A stretch of DNA of 55,810 nucleotides, the filler included, from Platydemus manokwari (taxonomy: Eukaryota), in NCBI GenBank assembly GCA_037951405.1. It is 4 parts of 4 records of this genome, joined end to end, with 100 filler letters (N's around TTAATTAATTAA, not from the genome) between each part and the next. Parts side by side here need not be neighbours in the genome. Positions count along the whole stretch, not along the records: positions 27,856 to 40,615 come from JBBMOY011974711.1; positions 40,716 to 55,810 come from JBBMOY011351426.1; 2 more parts are not named here. The stretch is one strand, 5' to 3'. The position numbers were made by a program, and so were the translations under genes. Position 1 is the first letter of the stretch; each line of letters opens with the position of its first letter. The notes beneath the pieces were generated by a model. That model was not told the origin of the DNA, did not search any database, and saw only the letters and a list, made by a program, of their open reading frames with translations. This document shows, in pieces, positions 30,412 to 41,444 of this stretch.

Positions 30412-31518
30412 ATGTCTACTACGGTGCATTTTAATCTCTATCCTAAACAAGATGATAATGAATATCAATTATTCGACGATGCAGATTTGAGAAACATTCA
30501 AAGGAAACGTTATCATAAAATTGAATTGAAACGAACCTTTTCTTTGGTACCCGAAAGATTCGATCCAACTTTAAATACTAATGTCTCCAATAAACAATTA
30601 ATTCTGATGTGTGAATATTTGTTGAAGGCTTCCATTTTAGTGTTGATTATCTTAACATTTCCTTTGTCTCTATTTGTATCTCTACGAGTAATTGCACAGT
30701 ATCAAAGAGCTGTTGTATTTAGGCTAGGTAGACTCGTATCCAAAGAACCATTAGGACCTGGATTAATCTTCGTAATTCCATGTTTGGACACAATGAAATG
30801 TATAGATTTACGTACTCTCACATTTGATGTTCCTACTCAGGAGGTTCTGACAAAAGATTCTGTAACTGTCGCAGTTGATGCGGTAGTTTATTATCGAATA
30901 TTTGATCCTGTTATGTCGGTAGTCAACGTGGAAGATTCAAGCAGATCAACCAGACTTTTAGCTCAAACGACACTGCGAAATGTTCTCGGCACTGTAGATC
31001 TGTGTTCTTTGCTCACCGATAGAGAAGATATTGCTGCTAGCATGCAAGAAACTCTCGATGCAGCTACCGATGCATGGGGAATGAAAGTTGAAAGAGTAGA
31101 AATTAAAGATGTTCGTTTGCCGACACAGCTTCAAAGAGCTATGGCAGCGGAAGCAGAAGCTACTCGAGAAGCCAAAGCGAAAATAATTGCTTCGGAAGGA
31201 GAGAAAAAATCAGCAAAAGCCTTAAGAGAAGCTGCTGAGGAAATTGAAAAATGTCCGATTGCCATTCAGTTGCGTTACCTACAAACATTAAGTAGCATAT
31301 CAATGGAAAAGAATTCAACGATTATTTTCCCATTGCCAATTGATATTTTAAACTTTTTCCATTCTTCTCGTCAAAATAACCGTGTTGAAACTCCATCTCG
31401 GACTAGTGAGGAAATTCCAATCCATATCCAAATGAAGAATTATACACAGTTTGTTATCGATGAAAGACCTCGCGTCGAGAATTTCTCATACCATTCTGAT
31501 TCGGATTTCACTGTATAA
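30412..31518 (+). CDS. Stomatin/MEC-2-like SPFH (band 7) membrane protein, intronless
   Basis: 368-aa uninterrupted ORF with the hydrophobic hairpin ..LIILTFPLS.., YQRAVVFRLGRL, GPGLIFVIPCLD, QEVLTKDSVTVAVDAVVYYRI, LLAQTTLRNVLGT, WGMKVERVEIKDVRLP, QLQRAMAAEAEA, LRYLQTL and NSTIIFPLPID. Confidence 0.97.
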   Translation: MSTTVHFNLYPKQDDNEYQLFDDADLRNIQRKRYHKIELKRTFSLVPERFDPTLNTNVSNKQLILMCEYLLKASILVLIILTFPLSLFVSLRVIAQYQRAVVFRLGRLVSKEPLGPGLIFVIPCLDTMKCIDLRTLTFDVPTQEVLTKDSVTVAVDAVVYYRIFDPVMSVVNVEDSSRSTRLLAQTTLRNVLGTVDLCSLLTDREDIAASMQETLDAATDAWGMKVERVEIKDVRLPTQLQRAMAAEAEATREAKAKIIASEGEKKSAKALREAAEEIEKCPIAIQLRYLQTLSSISMEKNSTIIFPLPIDILNFFHSSRQNNRVETPSRTSEEIPIHIQMKNYTQFVIDERPRVENFSYHSDSDFTV

Positions 31519-32760
31519 TTCCAAGAATTCAGTATCAAAATTAATATTACTCGTTAAAGATATTATTATTATTATTATTAAAACGATGCCTATCAATTAT
31601 TTATAATAGGTATTTCATAAAAATCTGGGTATTTTAGAGATATTAAATTTATTGTATTAATAAATATCTTTACCAATTGAATGCCTAGATGGTTCTTTTG
31701 TTTCTGAGACATAATGGTTAGCTTCCTTTTTGGTTAAATTATTTATTACGAGAATTTTTTGTTTCGTTTTTCAACAATATTTCGTAACGTATTTCTGTGT
31801 ATAGTAATACATATTCTTCATAAATTTGGCAACAAAAAACATCATAGCCAGGCGTTAAAAAACATCGATTGGGAATTTAACGAGATTTGATAATTTTCTT
31901 TAGATTGGCAAGTTGATGAGTCACACAGTGCTTCAAGAGTTAAGATAGGAGGTTATATCAGTTGAATCGAGCTTTTAGTAATACGTATTTCAATAAATTG
32001 CTGTGTTTCATTCTTGAATGATAATTGATAGAATTTCCGGTAAAGAAAAGAAAATTAATTATCAGAGTGTCTACTAAAGCGTTAATTGAACTGTAAATGG
32101 ACAGTTTATTAGAATTATTATTTTATCATTAACTATCAGAAACTTAATGGAGATTGGAATGGATTTTGAGTCATGACAAATGTACCAAATCAAAGCCAAA
32201 TATTCGGCTCCATACCCAATATGCCTTGTAAAAATTATAGATTATGTGTTTGCTAATAAAAATTTAATGCCAATATTGTTGATGTTTCAATCAATCGTCG
32301 AATGAGACAAACTTCTATAACAAAACTAAAATGATAATAAATCATAGAAATTATCTTGATCCATTTCATTGTTATCTCTAAATCTTTTCCAATAATTTCA
32401 TTCATATTTCTAAAATTTTTCGATATTTTTTGTTAAAAATTAATCAACGCTTTTAATCAACCATGCATTCTTTTTATTTTTCTATTTTTGGTCATAACAA
32501 TACTGAATCAGTTATATTGAATTTACTGTATATATATAGTAAAGGAAAATTTCCCATTGATAATTGAATTACGAGAAGAATTATTACAATTATCAATTTT
32601 CATGTTTAAAGTCTGATTTTGCCAAAATTCGTACAAAAGACAATTTGTGCTGGGCATCGTTTACTTCTTTACTATTATCAGGTTTAATTTAACAATAAAA
32701 ATTTAGAAGTTGATGATAACAAAAGAAAATGATTTACAAAATAGAATTATTTATTTGATT

Positions 32761-32931
32761 NNNNNNNNNNNNNNNNNNNNNNNNNNNNNNNNNNNNNNNN
32801 NNNNNNNNNNNNNNNNNNNNNNNNNNNNNNNNNNNNNNNNNNNNNNNNNNNNNNNNNNNNNNNNNNNNNNNNNNNNNNNNNNNNNNNNNNNNNNNNNNNN
32901 NNNNNNNNNNNNNNNNNNNNNNNNNNNNNNN
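32761..32931. other. Assembly gap (N run)
   Basis: 171 N with no linker sequence. Confidence 0.95.
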
Positions 32932-33763
32932 TTAATAATATATTAGTATAAACTATAATTAGGCTCTATAAAACCAAACAGAGAATAAATCACATAATAA
33001 AATCAATGTATATATAATAACGGATATTCTCAAGATATAGAAAGTAATATCAACTCATAAATAAAGATCGATAATAGTTATACACACACACAAGTGTAAA
33101 ATATTAAACCAATGTTTTTAAACCCTGATGTAGATATTGAACCCCTTTACGAAATTCAATGCCACTCATTCACCCGTGAATAGCGCTCGTAAATATGTTG
33201 ATAAATATTGGAATTCTTAACGATTAATTTATTTCCATCCAAGTACCGGCAAATGCTTGACCATATGTTTGACAATATTATGAATAACAATGTGCTTTCT
33301 GGCTTTAGTTTGACTATCAATTTCTATGGGCTTGACACAAGCAAACGTAAATGATTTTTGAATGAAAAGCTTAAATGACTTGTCATTGCGCACACAATCT
33401 ATTGTCGATACTGTGCCAGATTTGTTATTTTGTCTAACTGGAAATGAGTTGACCATAAATGGCTGCCAATCCCTTTATTCTCTCTCTGTAGAATCTTTTG
33501 CTTGAAAACCAAAATATTAAACTCTCCAACTGTGACAGATTTGTTCATGTTTCTGTTTAAAATTCTTAATTATTTTATGAAATCGATATTCATTCCGGGT
33601 ATATAATAAGGAATTTCCAAAATGCCATTATTATTAAATGAAAATCAAATATTTGAGTTGCGATGGCAATAATCATGGTGTTTGATTTCTAGCAACCCAA
33701 TAATAATTATCCTCGCTATGCACACACAAAACTGTAGAGCTAAAAATAATTCTGACGACCTAC

Positions 33764-34859
33764 TTTGGTTACTATGGCATTGGCACGAATTAGATCACAT
33801 TCAGACATGCGCATGGAAACCCGATGAGAATACGTTTCGCTGATTCTCGATATGCGATTTTTGTCCTCCAATCTGTACAACGAAATATTGATATCGATAT
33901 TTTCATCGACACATTGCGATCTTTCGAAATTGATTCGCAACAATTTCAGAAATATTGAAACATTGTCGATTGCCGGATCGTATTGGTTCTGTATGATCGT
34001 TTAACAATCGTTAACCAATAAGAAAACAATCTACCGAAACATTGCGATTGATTTCGTAATCTCTTTGATGTTGGACATACAATTCCAGAACGGAAACGCT
34101 TTTCAGATCGAATTTTTCGCCTTTATCATTGCGAGGTTCAATCGGTAAACCCAACAATCTAATATGTGCGGATTAATGAAATCGAATGTTAACAATAAAA
34201 TCAATTGCTTTTTTGCCATTTCCATTTTCTGAATTACTGCTCGCTTGTTCGATTCGGGCATCTTGAATGATTTTTTCATGAAATAAAAGCTGTTAACAAT
34301 GACAATTTACTTTATATTTTTCCATGTTATTATCGAAGCGTTTTTCGGCTAATGCCAATTGTACGGCTTCTATTATCTGATCGAAATCCTTGCTGTCAGT
34401 TTCCTAACAAAAGTGATTTATCCGATCAAATCAAAATAAATTGACTAAATGAATATATAAACCAAATAGATTTCACGAATTTTGTATATCCACGAATACA
34501 TTTCTGCCCATAGATCGGGATGGATTTCATTCGATAACAGTTTTATATGTGTTGAAGGAAATACCTTTAAAACACAAGGGTGTGAATATTTAAAGCCACG
34601 ATACCAGCCTTTTAATAGAAAATAAAAGACCTTAAATATAATTTGAAAATTTATATAAATAACCAGGATAATGTTCTCGAATATAAAGAAAATCACCGAC
34701 TCTTAAATTCATATGCTGAGTATGAGATGATTGATAATTATAAATTGCTAAAATATCAAAGTTAATTTAAGATTTAAAAAACTTTATCTGGTTTTAAAAA
34801 AATTAAAAATTATTACCTATTGCAAAGCAATCATTTTCCTCATATTTAAGCCACTTCAT
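33764..34859 (-). CDS. Divergent DOCK-A/B (DOCK1-5-like) Rac GEF N-terminus: SH3 plus helical ELMO-binding region; partial or possibly pseudogenic
   Basis: Exons 34859-34817, 34747-34664, 34608-34463, 34403-34311, 34261-34209, 34158-34035 and 33988-33764 splice to MKWLKYEENDCFAIAIYNYQSSHTQHMNLRVGDFLYIREHYPGWYRGF..VFPSTHIKL (SH3)..QKMEMAKKLLGLPIEPRNDKGEKFD..SVLELY..ISLY..ISETY. DOCK-like fragments (NKGIGSHLW, VRND) continue to about 33230 in broken frames. Confidence 0.75.
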
Positions 34860-37800
34860 AATTAATCCAATATTAAAATTTAAGTTTTCCGATGTTTGAT
34901 TTAACGTAGATTAGATTATTATAACAAATAATGCTACTTCGGTTTTCTTTTAATTTTATTTCTGAAACCTTAGTTCTTGAAAAAATTATAAATGTTTATC
35001 TTTTACACATTGAAAATTTAAAGTTTGAAAATCTTTATTTTTCAACTTTGGTAATGGAATTTTTAAAATTCTTTTTTCAAATAGTTTAATAATGATTTAA
35101 GGAATTAATTAATTTTTATTAAATTTAGAAAATTAAATAATGTCTTCAGGCATGAGGTTTAGAATAAAATTATCAATTAATGATTATGAAATTAAAAATT
35201 TATCCTTGATTCAAGTAATAAAAAATCAATTTAGAGATTTTTTAAACACTGTGAACATGGAAATATAAGTGAAGGTTTGTTAAATTCACAATTTATAGAG
35301 TTGAGGAATAATTGATTCCTTATTATGAGAAGAAAGAACAGTGAAACTTTTCAATCAGTGGATTTATCATTATCATTAGTTCAAAAATCAAAATAATTGA
35401 ACGCTTACCAAGCCACGACAATTCAGTTTAGAGTATTCTTTTAAAATATTAAAATAGTTGATAAGTGTTAAAATATAAATAACAACATTTATTAAAGACA
35501 TTCATGAATATTTAATTTATGGGAACTTTAGTGAATTGTGGTATGGATATTTAACCTTGTAATAGTGAGACAATTTTGTCTGATCGTCTCCTAATCTAAT
35601 GAAAAACAAAGAAATTATTAATTTAGCATTTCTAACAAAATATCAAATTAATTGAGACACAGCAATCATTTCAGAAAATTTAAAATTACAAAACTTGATA
35701 AACAACAATATGTCTCATTCATTTAAATCACTCTCTCTTTGGAATCTTAATCCAGCACACTCTGAGAGATTCAAAAAATATATCGATATCATATTTGACA
35801 TCACTACTGCCTCATAATCAAAAGTATGTTGGGTATAATTTTTAAAAAATTTTGTTTTCATTTTGTTGATATTTTATTACAGTATATATAGTTTAGAATT
35901 TGTTTTTGATTTGATATTATTTATCAAGTATCTTTACCTCATTGATCTTATAATAATAAATCATGTCAAGTTGCAATCAAACTCAACTTAAACCATTTTA
36001 GTTCTTGCGCAATCATTATTGGAATCAGGTAGTCCTAGAGACTCACTGTTAGACATTAAATAACCAGTCCATAAATAGTAGCATATTTTTTATTAATATC
36101 AATATTTGGTGATTTTCAATGCATTAAGCTTCGAATTTTTTTAATTCTGAAAAAATGCCAAGAAAGTATATTAATAAATCAGATTTGTGCCACCAAATTG
36201 TAGTGGAGTGATATTTAAACCTCAAGGAAAAAAGTTAACCTTTTCATCAGAAAGCACTATTAATGCAAATATGTGGGATGTTGTTGATTTTATTTCTGGT
36301 TTTATGGGAACTTTAGAAGCAAGTGTTGAAGACTATTCTAGCGTAATTTATCTAAAGGATTTTTAATTTATATTATAAGACAACTAAGCGCAGGTCAAAC
36401 TGAGCATTATTTTGACACGATAGTTATTTAGCTTTAAAATTTGATATAACTTGAAATGGTTAAAGAAACACTCTTTAATAAATAATTGCAATGCTTAATT
36501 ATGATTTGACCGATTAAGAGGGCGATTTCTGTTTAATAATGTCTATTCTCGAAATGAAAAAAAATTAAGAGCAAAAGATAACAAAAAAATAATTCAAAAT
36601 TACCGATACACTGCAAAAGTAATTAACTGGCAAGTCCAAGCGCGCGGAATAGATGAAGAGAACAAAATTAATTTGATTAATACATAATGGAAAATATTAA
36701 TTATAAAATATTATGAACTGGCGAATTATCAATTAAAATAGACAATGAAAGTTTTATCACTCGTTAGCCTCCTCACAAATAAAACTCCGATAAATCGTTG
36801 ATTAATAATTAACTTTCAATCGTCAAATTCAAAAATTTAAATGTTTTACTTGTCTTCAAAAAAACTGCTTTCGACAACTGTGTTTTTCAAAAAGAGATTT
36901 CTTGAAAAGTATCCACTTGAAAATGGTGGTCTTCAATTACGTCGTTTGGTACATAAATTCGTATTTTACGTAGGGTGCTACCGGTGGCTTTATCACCATT
37001 GTTAATTTTCACTTATTTTATTTTCTTACTGTGAGAATATTTTGGTCTAATTAAGACTTAGATACTATTTTTGAGCTTTTAATTATTATTAAGACTTAAT
37101 AATTATTAAAGTTTTATTATTTCTCATCTTATTATTTTATTATTTAATATTTACTTTTTCTATTATTTTCTTATTGCTTTATTATAAATAATTATTGATA
37201 ATAATAATTATTATTAATTATTGATGAGGATAGTGAGCATTTCAAGCCGAGAATTTTAAGATTGGAAAAGCGTTATCAGAGTGAGTGAAGTCCAAATATG
37301 CTCTTAATGGACTCTTAAAGGAGAACCCCGTTATGTAAAACAGCAGGAAATCCAATTTCTACATTTTAATGTAAAATTTCCAACATTTTACATGTGCATA
37401 CACGTGTTATGCACTGACAAGCCATACGTAATAGAAAAAATTTCTAAAGCCATATCAGAAATCGAATAAAAAATGCATAATAATGATTCACTTTCATTAA
37501 ATAAAGATTGTTTGTTTCCCAGTGTAATATTGAAAATGAACTTTAACAATATGTTTAATTATGATTTTATTTGCATCAATAAAAACTACGAAATAATCAT
37601 AAAATTTAACAGTAGTTTTAACTATATTTTTCTTATTAATAGAAAAAATATTTCACTGGAATTTCAAATGTGTATAATATTTGAGAATCGTTGTATAAGC
37701 TATCAATATGAATTATGCATTAAATTCTTTCTTTTTTGTTTTAGTTTTCTTTATTTTTGAAGTACGGGATAATCTCTTGTTAATATATGAGTCTAGTTAC

Positions 37801-38118
37801 ATAATTTTTCAAATTGGTCATACCATTATCCTTTCTTTGCGTAAATAAAATTTTAATATTCAAATTAAATTATGACAATTTTCTGGAACAATGAAACACC
37901 CACAATTTAATTATTTATTAATTTAGTTTTTTGAATCTAGAAATATTGAATAACACATTATTATTTATAAATTTAAATCAGGTCAAGATTAAATCGAAAT
38001 TTCAATTTAAATTACCCATGTGTGTTTCTTTTAATTCGTCAAATTTTCAAATCGAATTTATATTATAAAATAATAAAATACAATTTATTTTAAGAAAAAT
38101 TATTACTTTAACTGTAGA

Positions 38119-38859
38119 ATGCTAAGATTTTTTCAGTCAAATCTAGTTAATCACAAAAGTAAAAGTCATCTAATGAATATTTAAATTTATGATTAACAAT
38201 TATAGCTATTCAATCATTAACATCGTTATGTAATAAATTCTATTCCTCTGAAAATAATTCAGAAACACTTCCCCAAACCACTGAAGTCGAAACCCTTGAC
38301 CAAGCTACTGCACGCTTTAAACATTTAAGCGTGTAAATAAATTGCCATTTGAAATCATGTGGGTTTATTTTTAAATTATTTAGAAATGGTTCGCCTATGG
38401 TTACAGAAAATGTGCTAAACAGTATGGTTGGCAATAAATTATTTCGAGAACTTCCGATCTTACATGTACATGGATGTAAAAACAATACTAAAGCTCATTT
38501 AGTGGAATATAATGGTCGTTCTATCATTTACTGTTCTTGTGGTAGTATTGGATTTAAAAATTCCAAAAAGTCAACATCCGTCGCTGGTCAAGCTTTAGGA
38601 TTAACTGTTGGATTTAAAGCTAAAAAGCTTGGCATTAGTACGGTTCGAGTGATGTTATATGGTGTTTCAAGCAGAAGATTGGTAAATATTCCTAATAGAC
38701 TTCAATTTTAGATTCAGCATCAATATGATGAATTATTTTTTATTTCAGGAATGTTTGAAGGGACTGGTTCAAGCTGGTGTCAAAGTAATTTCATTGACAG
38801 ATAACACCCCAATTCATCATGGTCTCGGTCGGAGACCTCGGAAAACACCTCGTGGCTAA
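38119..38859 (+). CDS. MRPS11: Mitochondrial ribosomal protein uS11m (complete, 4 exons)
   Basis: Exons 38119-38158, 38206-38332, 38384-38681 and 38749-38859. Presequence-like N-terminus MLRFFQS, then LPILHVHGCKNNT, SCGSIGFKNSKKSTSVAGQ, VRVMLYG, KGLVQAGVKVISLTDNTPIHHG..RPRK, stop. Confidence 0.92.
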
Positions 38860-40615
38860 AATTTATTGTTTTATTTTACATTTAATATGTATATAAATGG
38901 GATGTGAGGAGAATTGTTGTTTGGCTGCAGCAAATTTAATTTTTCAATTAATTTAGATAATTTTTTAATGATGTATTTTTTTTATAAATTTAGTTAGGGT
39001 GTTACTGAGTATTGTTTTTAAGTAAAACATGTGTTGTAAAGCATTACGTAGGGTATAATTTGGTCGATTTGTTTGTTATTCTCGATTTGAGTGGTTTAGA
39101 AATAATGAAATTGAGTTTATTTAAAATACCGGATCTGCTGATTGAATAGGAATACGAACTGCATACTTTTAGCTTCATTAAAAAATAATTTTAATAATGA
39201 ATTTTCGTATGTTTGTTTAAGTAATCAAAATGCCATGGCAACCATTGATTTATACCTTAATTTTAGTTCGTTTATATTTTGAAGATTTAAAAGTTGAACC
39301 TAAGAAAGAAAATTAATTTTATAAAGCATGTTTGTCAAGGTATGTAGCTAAAAACTGGTCTCCAAAATATTTATAAATTTAAAATGAAACAATTTTTATA
39401 TTTTACAAATGATAGATGTCGACTTAATCTTAATCAATAATCCAACTACTAAAATTATTTTCAAAATGATTCTATAATTCTCTTATTTGGAATATTTTTT
39501 ATAATTCTTATTAAAAATTCTAACATTATTTTTAAGCTTTTTGATTAGAAATGAATAGTGACAGATGCAACTATTTCATAAAATACGCATTGAAAACGAA
39601 CTGAAGTTACAATACCAAAGTATGTTTAACCAAATTATTTAAACAAATCAAATTGATAATTCATTTTTTTAAGATAAATTTTGATTATAAATATTTTTAA
39701 TTCATTTTAAACAGTATACGCAGATTATAAATGAAAAAAACCTGAGTTAACTAGTGGTCTAAATTTAAAAAGGAGTTTTTTAAATCTACAGACCTATTTT
39801 ATATTTTACAAGAGCACAGAAACACGGTAGAATTATTTATTTACTAATCGGTTTGAAAAATAACTTTATTTTCATATCAAATAAGTGTTTATCATATACT
39901 AGATTTGCTTATGTTCACTATAAATTTTTATAAATTTAATGTTAATTGTATTACTCGTCAAACTAATAACTAATTAATCTTCTTGGATCAATCCAGTAGT
40001 GACCAAAATAATCCTTATCTAAAGTTTTATGAGATCTCGTATAGTTTTTAGAAATTCAGTGAGAAACGAATGGATACCATTCTTTCATTATGCTTAATAC
40101 TTTTTAAATAGATACATATTGTTAATCATTCTATTGTTAATGTGCATAGGTAGTTATAAAATAGGACACGGTAATGGAAAACATTAATCGATGTTTTGAC
40201 ACCACCATTACTAATCAATTTATTAAATATATGTTGTAGTGCGATATTTTATATTACCTATCAGTGGTTGAAACAAGATTTTAGCTCTAGCTACACTCTA
40301 TTAATATTGAGTGTAGCTTCACTCAACTGAAATAAAATTTGTAATACAATGTCTAAGTACAGATGACTATGTACTAGTCTCAGATAAATCATGAACAGTT
40401 GAACAATTAAAAAGAATAAAAGAAAAATTATCAAGATGCGTCGTAGCCCTCGGAGCAATATATTTTATAAAAATTATTAGGTGTATTAGTATGATTCCGG
40501 CTTTTTTTTTAAAAAACAAAAACATTTTTTAAAATATATATTTAATGAAATTCAATCAAAATATTTTCTATTTGCAGATATGACATTGGCCCATCTTTTA
40601 GGCAACGATTGAATT

Positions 40616-40715
40616 NNNNNNNNNNNNNNNNNNNNNNNNNNNNNNNNNNNNNNNNNNNNTTAATTAATTAANNNNNNNNNNNNNNNNNNNNNNNNNNNNN
40701 NNNNNNNNNNNNNNN
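40616..40715. other. Artificial scaffold-joining spacer (44N-TTAATTAATTAA-44N)
   Basis: Same 100-bp structure; the 12-mer is at 40660-40671. Confidence 0.95.
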
Positions 40716-41444
40716 TTGTAAAAATAATAATAATAATAATAATAATAATATTTATAGACAATGTTCATTATCATAATTATTTATATTATTGTCAATATTA
40801 TTAGTCATAAAAACATAATTATTATAAATATACTTATTAATATTAATAATTATAATTGCTGCACACTGTGCTCATAATATAATTCCTAATATTAATTTTA
40901 TCGATTTCGTGTTCAAATTGTAAATCAAAAGTCGAATCTGTTTGTTGTTGAACATTTTATACAATTGAAATGCTATAGAGATTATATTGAATAAATTATT
41001 ATTATTATGATAATATATGCATATTTCATCATTTCTTTATGATAGATTTTTTAATTATTATGTAAAATATTATGAATTTATTATTATCATTATTATTATT
41101 AAATACAATTATTATTTTTCAAATGAATATAATTGTATGTATCGTTATTATTTGTTATTATTATTATCGATATTATTACTTGAATCAATTTTATAAGTAA
41201 TATAATAATAATTATTAATTTTAATAATAATGATAATCATGATATTTATTAATATCATTTATATCCATCAATATTATTATCTTTATTATTATTATATATT
41301 ACTATTATATTATCATCCAATTCTCGTCATTATATTCAATATTATCATAAGAATCATTTTCTTGTTTTTCCAAACTCATGAGAACATTCGATTTTTAATT
41401 TCCATGATTCTAATCAATAATCTACAATTTGAATTATTAATCAG

